64,000 nucleotides of DNA from Callorhinchus milii (lineage: Eukaryota). The translations under genes and the position numbers were made by a program. The notes beneath the pieces are model-generated. The model was not told where the DNA came from. It searched no databases and saw only the letters and a program-made list of their open reading frames with translations. This document shows positions 48,300 to 59,872 of this stretch, piece by piece. The DNA lies in the NCBI RefSeq assembly GCF_018977255.1, contig NW_024704743.1:17920001-17984000 (forward strand). The letters run 5' to 3'. Positions within the stretch are counted from its first letter, which is position 1. Each line of letters begins with the position of its first letter.

Positions 48300-49258
48300 A
48301 CCACTCACCCTATTTGATTTGTTCGTCAATGACGTGTTAGGTGGCATAGAGGGGGAAAGGACTTGATGTACATGTTCTAGGCTTCTCTGACATTATTGCT
48401 GTGCTTCTATTTGCAGATGCTACTGTGCTGCTGCGGACTCACCTGGGGACCTTTTGCACTGCACCTGCCATATTGAACACTGGACAAACCAGTGGGACAT
48501 GGTGATAGGTGCCCCCAAAGTGAGGAATCATAGTTCTGCACCCCTCAAGAGAAGACATTGAGGGGATTGATTGGAAGATACAAGGGGCGTTATTCTCAAT
48601 TGTTGATTCTTATCAGTACCTCAGGGTCGCGGTGGATACCAACTTCAGCCTGGACACTGTCCTGAAGGCCCGTGAGAGAAGGGGCAAAAGCACTCTGGTC
48701 ATGCTCATCTCTCTTCAAGGGCAGTAAGGTCGCAATGCAGGTCAAGCTTGTGGCATACAAGACCTGTGTGCAAACAGCCTCCCCTTTATAGATACGAGCT
48801 CCTGGGGATGAAGTGGAGAGGCTTCCTCCAACCAATTTGCAAATTCCATGAACAGGCAGTGAGGTGGATTTGTGGTAAACACGGGAACAGTTGCAGGGAG
48901 AGAGGGCTCTGGTCTACACTGACCTGTTTCTAAAGCAACATAGGCAGGGTTTCCTTGGAGCTGAGGAACTGACTCCAAGGTAATGTGTTTGGCAACGGAA
49001 TGTCGGAATTGAGCCAGGTCTCTGTCTCAGTCTCAGTAGCCCAGTTTCTGAGCCAGGTGGGTCTGCAGTATTCCAGGGCACTGCTGATTATAGCAGAGCC
49101 AGCCTGGCTCATCGGCAGGATTGGAAGGGCAGACCAGTCACTGGGGGCAGAGAGTCATCCCACTCAGCTCCCGTTAAGCCTAGATACCAAGACCCTAACA
49201 GGAAGGGTGGTCCTAGCTGGACAAGCTTGCCAGGCAATGTTCTCAATGGGACATGGTT
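48300..49258 (+). mobile_element. Decayed RT and C-terminal fragment of a non-CR1/L2 LINE (RTE/RTEX-like)
   Basis: Frameshifted translation: TLFDLFVNDVL..LLFADATVLL..IEHWTNQWDMVIGAPK..VDSYQYLRV..KLVAYKTCV..YELLGM..QPICKFHEQAVRWICG. Confidence 0.8.
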
Positions 49259-49372
49259 GACATGTCTCAAAGCACTTCACAGAATACATTGTAAAGTGGA
49301 TTTTGTGGGTGAAACATGGCAGCCAATTGTGCACAGCACTGTCCTACACACAGTCATGGATTGAGTGACCAC
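49258..49372 (-). mobile_element. SINE internal/3' fragment
   Basis: TCTCAAAGCACTTCACAGAATAC..CAGCCAATTGTGCACAGC. Confidence 0.8.
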
Positions 49373-49624
49373 ATTTATATAAAAAATTATTATTTTTTTT
49401 GATTGGATGGATGTGCAAACATGAAGTAACCAATTATAATTTTCTAACATGTGATTTAAATATGGAAGTGTATCTTTTTTGGTTCACACGGGTGTGTGAC
49501 CCATGTGGAGGCTTTTCAGAAGAGTATCAGAGGAAGAGGATAAAGGCCTGTCTGCATATAGTTGAGGCAGAGTGGATAGCAGATCACAGAGATGGGCGGT
49601 GTAAGATCACAGAGCTACTTTAAG

Positions 49625-50082
49625 GCAAGGATCTTAGTTGATCTGATGAGGGTTAGGGAGCCAGTGGAGTGAGATTTGTGTACCGGCTGAGGAGTTCTGT
49701 AGGATCTGAAGCTCGTGGAGGGTAGAGCTGGCCAGGCTGACAAACAGGGCATTAGAAAAGCTGAATGTGGTAGTTACAGAAGCGTGATGAGAATTTTGGC
49801 TGTTGGGGTTGAGGTAGTTGCAGAGGGAGGCAGATGATGTTAAAGTGATGGAAGAAAGCAAACTTGGTCAGAGGTTTGATGAAAGGTTTCAAGGAGAGTT
49901 GAGAATTGAACAAAGCACCAAGGTTCTACACAGGCTCCGTGAGTTGGTGGGAGGGAGCGACTGGGGAGTTGGATACGGTCAGTGATTGAGACGAGGAGGC
50001 GCTGACAGGAATCAAGCAGGATATCCTAGGCTTTGTTGAGTTGGAGAAAGTTACGGCTCATTGGGGACTTGATGTCTGACAG
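49625..50082 (-). mobile_element. Old L2 fragment
   Basis: LHELQILQNSSA..LHWLP; antisense CTGTCAGACATCAAGTCC. Confidence 0.75.
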
Positions 50083-50424
50083 GTTCTCATCCTCTCTGTT
50101 GAAGTTCATAGTCTGTGGCTCCAGAGAAGATCCCCACAGTTGGTGGTTTTCCTGTCCCAATAACTCGTCACTTCAGCTGTCGTACCGCTTGTAAAGCAGC
50201 TTCACACAGAGTAACGAAAGATGGAATATTTCAACGCTGGAATACTTTGGTGTTAAAAGTCAAAATTAAATAGACAGCTTTTATACTGCTGGAATGCAAT
50301 TGATCCCTGGTGTGTTTGCAGCGCAGTCTCAGGTGACTGCCTGGTGTCGGTATATCCATATAAAGCAGTTCATTGCAAATGGATCTGGTTCTCGCTTGCA
50401 TTCAGTCTCATAGATAATTATTTG

Positions 50425-50560
50425 GGGAGGACAAGTTTGCAGGGCTATGGGGAGAGCGTGGCGGAGTAGGATTGAATTGGATAGCTCTTTCAAAGAGCCG
50501 GCAGAGACACGATGGGCTGAATGGCCTCCTTCTGTGCTGTATAATTCAATGATTCTATGA
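50425..50560 (+). mobile_element. CR1 3' terminal fragment
   Basis: TTGCAGGGCTATGGGGAGAG..GAATGGCCTCCTTCTGTGCTGTATAATTCAATGATTCTATGA. Confidence 0.9.
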
Positions 50561-50984
50561 TATGCCGTTGATTCTGTTCAGCATTGTAAGCTTTTTTCCA
50601 CTCCATTACGTGAATTAGTATTCACGTTCATTTTTTTCAAAATCACATTAATGTACATCCTAAATGATGTTTATCCTTGTTTGTTGACAGTTGATTCTAC
50701 CTCCCTTGAGAGGCACTGTCCGATTGATCAGCCGTGTAGCTGCAGGTCTCTCTGTGCTGCTGGTGAAGGAGCAGCTTTTAATGTGTTTAAAGGGGAATTC
50801 GTGAACATGCATAAAATGTATTGTTCGCAATTCAGCAAAGTGATGAGGTACTAAGGAGCACTGTCTGGTCATTTAGAAGAGCTACATTTTCTCTCCGCAT
50901 TTGGGATAGAGTGTACAATTGTTTTTAATACAAGACAGATTTTGACTACCCTCCTTGAGAAGTGAGCAGGGCATTCTTGAGGCT

Positions 50985-51510
50985 GGGCTGGCTCCAAGGT
51001 GACATGGTTGGCAATGGAATGTCAGAAACGATTCAACCCTCGGAGGCGGTCTTCATAGTCTGATTCCTGAGCCAGACAGGTCCACAGGACACTGCAGCTG
51101 ACAGACAACTCAGCCAGGCTCATCAGCAGGACAGAGAGGTAGACAGGGGCAGGGATTCTACACAGTCCTGTTAACCTTGTAAGCCAAAGCCATAATGGGT
51201 ATGGTGGTCCTATCTGGACAAGCAGTGGGAAAACTTGCCAGACAGTGATATCAATGGCAAGCTATGTGATTTCAGCTGGTTAACCCCAGCAGTATCACAA
51301 TGCAAAATCTGGGGTCCCCAAGCCTTGGCTTTCTCTAACATGCCCTGATGTTTTCTGGAATTAGGTAAGTATTAGAGTATGTCCTTCCAGACTTGACTTC
51401 CATTCCAGGCTATGTATAGGTAGCATACATATGCGGAATGCTCAGTTTGGTTTGGATACTCTTAAGCATGGGGATGGGCTTTACACCCAGACACTCGGAT
51501 CAACAAAAAA
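50985..51510 (+). mobile_element. 3' end of the RTE/RTEX-like LINE with A-tail
   Basis: Matches 48970-49250 and 15295-15700; CAGTTTGGTTTGGATACTCTTAAG..CAAAAAAA. Confidence 0.78.
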
Positions 51511-52374
51511 AGGCATCAGGTTTGAAAAATCTCTCCTCGGGAAAGTGATGACATTACTGTTACCTAGCATCTGGAAAGTGCATTGGAACACAAACTGCAT
51601 CTCCGACAATGAACGCCACATCTGTCATGCCCTTAGGTCTGAGGTAAACGCAGGTAAAAGATGTGGTTTTATAAAAAACAATTATTACATTACTTGGGAT
51701 TTTCTGCTGGAGACATAGTTTACAGTCCAAGGTGTTTTTTCTGGTGTCTATCAGTGACAGTAGTGCTTTACTGACAAATCCTTCCTCAACTTAATCTTTC
51801 TCAGTTGAAATGTGCCACTGCCATTCATTGTTTTGACCAAGTTTAAAATGGGTTCAAGTTTCCAATAACATATAGGACCAGCATTATATATGCTGTGTAT
51901 ACAAAACAACAAGTGTGCGTCTATCTTAGAATCTTTTGTGATTGAATTTAGCGCAATCTTAGAGCACCTGAGTTTCCAAAATGCCAAGCATGAGAAATGT
52001 AATTTAGTTCACATTTGCTAACTTACATTCGTTGCAACAATTCACTTATTTATAGCGGCAGGAAGAAGGAACACACTGCCTTCTGGGACTCTCTGAGAAA
52101 CTCATGACCCCAGGGTAATCCAGCTACTGGGATTTCTCCTAACTGTAGTCTGTCAATGCAACCTACAGTAATAAAGACTATTCCTGACACCCAAACTTTA
52201 TTACTTGTAAAATTCACGTTTCTTTCATGATGTGTGAAATGAAATAATGTTCTGAAATACATCAGGGAACTCAGCATTTGCTCCAACTGCCAGCAGTCTA
52301 AAGGAGATCCATGATAAAAGCACTTTATGGAAAATGTTAGAGGCACTTTATGGAGCCAGCCGAGTGGAGGCAGT

Positions 52375-53452
52375 AGTATGGGGAAAAAGCAGGTCGGAGA
52401 GGTAGGGAGGTGCCAGAGCATGAAGGGATTTGTAGACAAGTGTGAGGATCTTGAAGTCGATCCATTCTGTGATAGGGAGCTTGGCGAGGACTGATGTGAT
52501 TGGGATAGGAGTTTAGTGCAGGAGTGTATATGTAGTTTTGAATGAGTTGGATTTTTGTGGATAGTGAAGCTGGGGAGACTGGCGAGGAAGGCATTGGAAT
52601 AGTCAAAGTGTGAGGGGATGAAAGCGTGGATGAAGGTTTCAGTCCTGTTGGGTGTGAGGTATGGTCGTAGGCGGGCAATGTGGTGGAGGTGGAGGAAAGC
52701 TTTCATGGTCAAGTAGCGGATGATGGGCAAGAAGGACGACAACAACAAATTACATTTGTATAGTGCCTTTCATGTCAGGAGGACATCCCAAGGCACTGGA
52801 CAGTCAGGGATACACATTCGAACTGGTAGTTGAGATCAGCAGGGGTTGAGGGCGGGGAGGGGAGGGTTAGGAGAGTGACCAAAGGTAAAGTCAAAGAGGA
52901 GGGACTTGAGATGGGTCTTGAATGCCTTCCTCACCGGTCTCCCCTCCTCCTCTATTCACAAAATTCAACTCATCCAAAACTCTGCCACCCGCATTCTCAC
53001 CCGCACTAAACTCCGCACCCCCAATTACCCTAGTCCTTGACAAACTCCACTGGCTCCCTCTCACAGAGTGGATCGACTTCAAGATCCTCACTCTAGTGTT
53101 TAAATGCCTCCACTCCTTGGCATCCCCCCCATCTCTCCAACCTCTTCTCTCTCATAGCACTACCCGCTGTCTCCACTCTATTGGCTCCGGCCTCCTTCTT
53201 GTCCCTCGAATCCTCCGCTCCACCATCGGTGGCCGTGTCTTCAGCCACTACACCACAAAGCTATGGAACTCCCTCCCTCAATTCTTTTGCCTTGCCGCCT
53301 CTTTCCCCATTTTCAGGTTGCTCCTGACCTTCCTCATCGCCTATGGTCACCTTCCCCCTCCCCCTGGCTCGGCAACAGACTCCACTATTGTTAAACGCTC
53401 TGGGACACCACCCAGTGTGAAGGTTGTTGTATAAATGCAAGTTGTCATCGTT
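52375..53452. mobile_element. L2 cluster: minus-strand body 52375-52737, minus-strand B-type tail 52738-52921, plus-strand L2-C 52921-53452
   Basis: HLHHIARLRPYL (-); AACAACAAATTACATTTG (-); LHWLPLTEWIDFKILTL..LWNSLP (+). Confidence 0.9.
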
Positions 53453-53557
53453 GACTTGAAACAATGCATTCCAGAATTTTAACAAGGAAAGGCAAGTTGG
53501 AAATGGGGCGATACGTTATAAGGCTAAAGGGTGTTTTTGTTTTGAGGAGGGAAGTGA

Positions 53558-53745
53558 TAACAACAACATCAACAACTACTTGCACTTATATAGCACCCTC
53601 CACGCCGGGAGGCATCTTAGAGCGTTTAACAATGGTGAAGCCCAAGGCCGGGCCGTTTTGAGTGGAAGTGGGACAGAACATGACGAGAGCTCTAGAAGAC
53701 GTGAAAAGCGCTATATCAAATGCAAGGAGTATTATTATATTATAA
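53558..53745. mobile_element. L2-C tail (-) and SINE tail (+)
   Basis: CAACTACTTGCACTTATATAGCACCCTC; AGAAGACGTGAAAAGCGCTATATCAAATGCAAGG. Confidence 0.8.
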
Positions 53746-54189
53746 TTTGGGATTTTTTTTCCCCTGCAGTTCTTTTAAACAATCTTACATATTAAGACAA
53801 TGGTCTTAAGTCCAGGACAACGAGACATATGAAAATTAGCCTTCACTGCCAGGGCAGGATCTGTACAATTTTGATCAATCACTCTGAGACTGAGACTTCA
53901 ATGACTGTCAGAGGACAATGTATTAATATGCTTCCAGTGTCCCTACATTATCTGAGGTTGATTTTGCCTCATGTAAAAACATTGTTAATCACACTGCAGT
54001 CGATAATAGTTATGTCTATCACATTAGACTTTCTTACCCAGATTAGAAGTCTGACTTTACAGCAGAACACTATGTGAGTTGTTTTCTTCTCTCAATTGAC
54101 AGGTGGATTATGCAAATGAAAGTGGAAGATTTGCACTGTTAGGTGCAAAGCGTTCATTCCATTGCAGGGCTAAAATATTTATTTATTTA

Positions 54190-54595
54190 GGTGTCAGCCT
54201 GGCTCAGTTGGGAGCACTCGTGCCTCTGAGTCAGAAATGTAATGGGTTCAAGCCCCAGGTCGGCACTTTGAACTCACAGTAAACTGATGCTTCAGTGTAG
54301 TGCTGGGTAAATGCTGTATTGTTAAATCCTGCCCTTTGAATGAGACAATTACACTGAGGTCTCGTCTGCCGTCCAGGTGAACATTACATGTCACTATTCC
54401 TAAAGAGAAAGGAGTTTCTCCCAGTGTTCTGGCCAATAATCCTTCAAATCAAATCATTGACTTCATGGATATGGGACATCGTTTTGCCCAAATTGGCTGC
54501 TATGTTCACCTACATGTTACACAGTTATTACAATTCCACAGTACACAACATGATCAGGCCCTGCATCAAATGGAAGAATTATTGTTATTGTTGTT
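54190..54595 (+). mobile_element. Old Deu-domain SINE, near full length
   Basis: GTCAGCCTGGCTCAGTTGGGAGCACTCG..GGGTTCAAGCCCC; GAGGTCTCGTCTGCCGTCCAGGTGAAC. Confidence 0.85.
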
Positions 54596-55074
54596 AAATA
54601 TTATTTTACCCAGGTTAGAGATTTAAACTGACTGAAGTGTTGAATTTTGCACAATAAAAATCTTTGTGAAGGCAATCTGAAAGAAGGTAGGACTTGCTGG
54701 GAACTAATGAAACAACTCCCTCCCACCGGGGTCTCCCCATCTAATAATCTATAGTCAAACATGACCTTAGAATATCTCAATATTTTGGCACTTGGATGAT
54801 ATCAGGATCACAAACGGCAACTGAAAATATATTGGAATTTTTTATTAAAAATAAACAAATGCTTTGGTGTTCCTGGTTCATTTCAGGAGGTACTGAAAAT
54901 AACAGAGTGAATTTATTATAAAATTGTCAGTCTAGGAAACTGGAATTGTAGCCACGAACCTTCCAATAATTCCCCATCTTCTTAAATGAGGCATATGAAG
55001 TAGGTAGAGGTTTTTCTTCTGTTCACAGTGACAATCAAAATGGTTCAATTAAGACACCACAAGTGAACCCACAT

Positions 55075-55386
55075 CTTCTGTAGCTCAGTGGTTAGAGTGC
55101 TTGCCTCTCAAGCAAGAGACCTGAGTTCGATTTCCAGCAGGGTGAAACCTTGGGCAAGTTTCCTTACTCCACACGCCTGATAATAATCCCTCAAGAAAAA
55201 AAATAATTATAAATTGGTCACTTCAATCCATGACTGTTTGTGGGACACTGCTGTGCGCAATTGGCTGCCATGTTTCACCCATAAATATACGGTCAATTCA
55301 CTTTACAGTATATTCTGTGAAGCTCTTTGAGACATCTAGAAGACATGAAATGTGTTATATCAAATGCAAGGATTATTATTATTATA
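55075..55386 (+). mobile_element. tRNA-headed SINE, short form
   Basis: CTGTAGCTCAGTGGTTAGAG..GAGTTCGATTTC; core; (TTA)n. Confidence 0.93.
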
Positions 55387-55842
55387 ACAGGGAAAGTAAG
55401 CTATACTCAGACATTCTTCAGTGTAATTGTAAGGGACTAGAGTCCATTCTACCTGTAATTTAACAAGAACATTGGAAGGTGCTGAAAAGTGGGAATCACC
55501 CCATGTAGATACTTTCATGTAGATACTATACTATATTGGTGTTATTTGCAATTTTTTTTTAATGGTGCGTTTCTTGATAAGAAACTTCAGCGATACAAAT
55601 TGGGACTACATCTGGTCACTGGATATACATCTTGCTGACCCTTGCAACAGACTTCCCATGGGTTAAAAAGATTTTTAATTGAAAAGGATTGTTTTAACCT
55701 TGACCCTAAATAATGGGGTTTATCTACTTTACAATATTAAAAAATATTGCAGATTAGATCCCATCGTTTCCATTTTTATTCCATCTGTCTGCTTCCTATT
55801 ATTCCTGTCTCTCTATTAAATATATATGTATTATTTTCTGAT

Positions 55843-56295
55843 ACAACAACAACAATAAATTATACTTGTATAGCACCCATCATGTCAGAAAGACGTGCCA
55901 GGGCGCTGGGGAGTCAGGATTTTTTAGACCTGAGCTGGGAGTTGGGGTCAGGAGGGGTGGAGGGCAGTGGGGGTGGGAGGGTGGCCAAAGGCATGGTCAA
56001 AGAGGAAGGTCTTTAGATGGCACTTGAAGGAGGCAAGAGAGTGGGTGAGGTGGAGGGATTGCGGGATAGAGTTCCAGAGTGTGGGGGCAGAGATGCTGAA
56101 TGCCCGAACACTAATGGTGGGGTGGAAAGTGCAGGGGACCTGAAGCAGGCCGGATTCTGCTGAGCGGAGGGTGCGGACAGGCTGATATTGCGTTAGGGGG
56201 TAAGAGAGGTAGGGGGAGCAAGACCATGGAGGACTTTGAAGGTGAGAACACGGGTTTTGTACTTGATTCTCTGAGGGTTGGGAAGCCGGTGAGGC
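55843..56295 (-). mobile_element. L2 3' fragment
   Basis: RTLRSAESGLLQVP..APTLWNSIPQSL..LKTFLFD; (TTG)n tail. Confidence 0.9.
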
Positions 56296-56419
56296 CTTAA
56301 AAGAATGGGAGTGATTGTATACAATAGCATTGTATACAATGACCATCAAAACCCAAGGATTCATCCATGTCCAAGTTACCAATTATTTGTGGTTGACTGT
56401 TAAAATCCCAATATGTCAG

Positions 56420-56935
56420 AACTTCGAGCTCATAGTTTTGGCTGAGGCTCTAGTATAGTGTTAGGGAAGTGCTGTATTGTTAGAAGTGCCATCTGTCCAG
56501 TAAGATATAATTTGAGGTTAAGGATCCCACAGCACTGTTTGAAAAGGGAATGGAGTTTCTCCCAGTGTCATTGACCAACAATTCCCTGGATAAAATTGAT
56601 TATTTCATGACTGTTTGTAGGATATTTGCCGTGTGCAAATTTGACTGCTGGTAACCTCCTGACTGCCCTCCTCTACCTACCCGCTTCGTTCAGCTGGCTC
56701 CAGCTTCGACATTAATCCCCTTCGCTCCACCATCGACAGCTGTGCTTTCAGCCACTATGCCCTGAGACTCTGGAACTCTCTGCCTCAATCCCTCCTTGCC
56801 CATCTTCAGATCACACCTGAAGATCTTCATCTTCAACCGTGCCTAAGATCCCCTCCCCTCTCCCCCGGCTAAGCTCACTACTGTTAAGTGTTCCAAATTA
56901 CTACTCCGCTATATAAAGGAAAGTTGTTCTTGTTG
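56420..56935 (+). mobile_element. Old Deu SINE body (56420-56650) followed by decayed L2-C 3' fragment
   Basis: AAGGATCCCACAGCACTG..GCCGTGTGCAAAT; CTCTGGAACTCTCTGCCTCAATCC..GCTATATAAAGGAAAGTTG. Confidence 0.7.
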
Positions 56936-57529
56936 CACTTTCTACCCTCTCAATAACTCACCTGATCTCCCTTACTGATCATCCAACTCTAATGAGACAT
57001 TGTGGCTCCTTCACTTCATCGTTCACCTCCTCATAGCTATGTTTCAATGACATCAATACTATCGATGGTTTTGCAAGATGGATATATCTCTCGTTCCAAT
57101 ACCTCATTCAGAATGTTCCATCCACTTTATAACACTTAGTTTATTCTCCCCTTCTTTGAATCTTTTATTGCCTTTATTTTCTGCTTGCCCTAAACAACAT
57201 TATTTATTTCTTCCTCCTGCATACACCAACCAGTGGCCCATATATTATATTTGTAATGTTGTATTTATTCTCACTACCAGACCCTATGCTACCAAATCAA
57301 TTTCAATAATTTCCAAATTACTGCTTTCCTGCTCTAAGCCAACAATGTATCTTCCAATTTACTTTTCTAAAGATCAGCCTTTTTATCTATCTACCTATCT
57401 ACAAGTTCTATCCACCCCTAAACTCTCCCAGTTATTGAGAACACAATTCCCTCCTCTCCAAGCAGGTTTAGTCAATTCTTCTTATTCACTCTCTGCCCCA
57501 TGTCCTGCAAAAAAAAAAACAGCACAGTT

Positions 57530-57945
57530 ATCAGCTTGGCTCAGTTGGCTGCACTCTCACTCTTGAGTCAGGCGGTTATGGGTTCAAGCCGCACATTGTG
57601 ACTTTGAACTCATATTATCCAGACTGATACTCCAATACAGTACGCTGCATTGTCGGAGGTGCCGTACTTTGGATGAATTGTTAAATCGAGGTCCCATCTG
57701 TGTGTTGAGGTGAACGTTAAAAGTCTCATGGCACTATACTCAAAAAAGAGAAGGGAGTTTCTCTCAATATCCTAGCTAGCATCCCCCAAATAAAATTAAT
57801 CATTCATTTCATGGCTGTTTGTGGGACATTGCTGTTCACCTACAAAATTCGCAGTCACTACACTACACTTTACAGTAAATCCTGTGAAGATCTTTGAGAT
57901 GTCCTCCAGACGTGAAAGGTGCTATATCCAATGTAAGGGTTATTA
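57530..57945 (+). mobile_element. Old Deu-domain SINE, full length
   Basis: TCAGCTTGGCTCAGTTGG..GGGTTCAAGCC; GTCGGAGGTGCCGTACTTTGGATGAATTGTTAAATCGAGGTCCC; tail GACGTGAAAGGTGCTATA. Confidence 0.9.
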
Positions 57946-58637
57946 GGTATCACTGCCTTTTGCTTTACCTTGCCATATCTTGGGATGCATCCTTGGATTT
58001 CAATCAAATCATTCGTTTCCACTTACATTTTCACAGTTTTTCTGTCATCATCAGCTCTGAGTAGGAGAAAGAAAACTGCTTCAATATCCATCACCATTGA
58101 CCAAGATCATGCCCTCCTTTAAAATAAAATCTTAATTAACATTGTGTTTCCAGCCTCCAGCACAACTCCCCTCTCTGCAGACTTCACTACTGAGCTCTCC
58201 TTCAGACAGCGATTAAGGGCAAGAGAAAATCAGAAACAGTTTCATGTGATGGCTCTAATTAAGTTTTTATTTTATCACTTAATGACTGACGAGGAACTGA
58301 GCTCATTAAAGAGATAAATGTCCCTTTTTGTGGTTGCTGTAACATTATAATTCAAAACCATAATAAAGAAAATATTAATTGGATGTTATATGACCCTCAA
58401 AGGTTTTTGCGGTTGATGTTGCTAAAACCTCAAGCAGTTACCAAAAACAATCTGGGTAAAATCCTATTCTGATTAATTTGTTTGGGACTACAATAGTATC
58501 TAAAGCATAGAAATCACTAAAAATAAGACTGTTTACAGCATAGTACTAATACAACTCCGTACCTAGAGTATAGTGATTACTAAAATAACACAGTACAGAG
58601 ATGACAATAACTTTACTTACAGAACTGAGATTACTAA

Positions 58638-58958
58638 AGTGGAATCCTGTAGCATATTAGTAAGAGCACTCACCTCGCAAATGAAAGGATCCAAATTTGA
58701 TTTCCAGGCAGGGCGAAACGTTAGGCAAGTTTCCTTACTCCACACGCCTCAGTTTACCTAGCAGTAAGTAGAACCCAATTGTTAGTCGATTGGTGGATCA
58801 CTTTCTAGAGGTAATAATACCTTCAAAAATTTTTTAAAAAAATAATAATAATTTGGTCACTCAATCCATGACTGTTTGTGGGACACTGCTGAGCACAATT
58901 GGCTGCTAGATTTCACCCACAAAATACAGTCAATTCACTTAATGGTTTATTCTGTGAA
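58638..58958 (+). mobile_element. tRNA-headed SINE (long form) split by an L2 insertion; its tail resumes at about 59887-59942
   Basis: Ends ATTCTGTGAAAC; continues ACGTCTCAATGACATGATAAGG after the L2. Confidence 0.9.
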
Positions 58959-59872
58959 ACAACAACAACAACAACAAGATTCCATTTATAGAGCGCCTTT
59001 CACGTCAGGAGGACGTCCCAAGGCGCTGCACAGTTGGGTCATGACCCGAGCAGGGGGGAAATGGTCAGGGTGAGGGGAGGGAAGGGAGGGAGAGAGGAGG
59101 GGGAAATGGTCAGGGTGAGGGGAGGGAAGGGAGGGAGCGAGGAGGAGGAAGAGAGTCGAGAGGGGAGCTGAAGGCACGGTCAAAGAGAAAGGTTTTGAGA
59201 CCGGCCTTGAAGGAGGAAAGGGAGGAGGCGGCGAAGGCACTGGGGGATGGAGTTCCAGAGCCTGGGGGCTGAGAGGCTGAAGGCCCGACCACCGATGGTA
59301 GGGCGGTTGGGGCGGGGGACGTGGAGCAGACCGGAGCCAGAGGAACGGAGGGTACGGGCAGGTAGGTAGGGGGATAGTAGGTTGGAGAGGTAGGAGGGAG
59401 CAAGGCCGTGAATGGCCTTATAGGTGAGGATGAGGATCTTGAAATCAATCCTCTGGGGGATGGGGAGCCAGTGGAGGCGAGTGAGGGTGGGAGTGATGTG
59501 GTCCCGAAGCCTGGTGTGGGACAGTACACGAGCTGCAGAGTTCTGAATGACCTGCAGCTTGTGGAGGGAGGTGGCGGGAAGGCCGGCGAGGAGAGAGTTC
59601 CCATAGTCCAGCCTTGAGGTGACAAAGGCGTGAACCAGGGTTTCAGCAGCGTGAGGGGTGAAGTAGTGCCGTAATCTGGCGATATTCCGGAGGTGATGGA
59701 AGGCGGTGCCAGTTGTGGTGCGGATGTGAGGGAGAAAGGACAGCTCAGGGTCGAACAAAACGCCGAGGTTCCTGACTGGCTTTGAGAGGTGGAGAGTGCA
59801 GCCTTGGATGCTGATGGTGTCAGCGCCTGAGGTGCGGAGGCGCTGACGTGAGCCAATCAGGAGGGCCTCGGT
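58959..59872 (-). mobile_element. Young L2-A, 5'-truncated (about 0.9 kb)
   Basis: Long open ORF2 C-terminus (59180-59758: FHHLRNIARLRHYFT..LHWLPIPQRIDFKILIL); CpG-rich; (TTG)n tail. Confidence 0.96.

Noticed and set aside
57000..57500. 162-aa ORF at 57078-57566
   Set aside because: No recognisable protein; probably the antisense of a very old CR1 remnant, too decayed to call
58490..58640. Loosely repeated ATTACTAAA/AGCATAG motifs as an array
   Set aside because: No constant repeat or spacer length; AT-rich degenerate sequence, and CRISPR is not applicable to this vertebrate-type DNA
59110..59856. 248-aa Pro/Ser-rich ORF, and the similar ORF at 50-325
   Set aside because: Alternative-frame reading of C-rich L2 sequence
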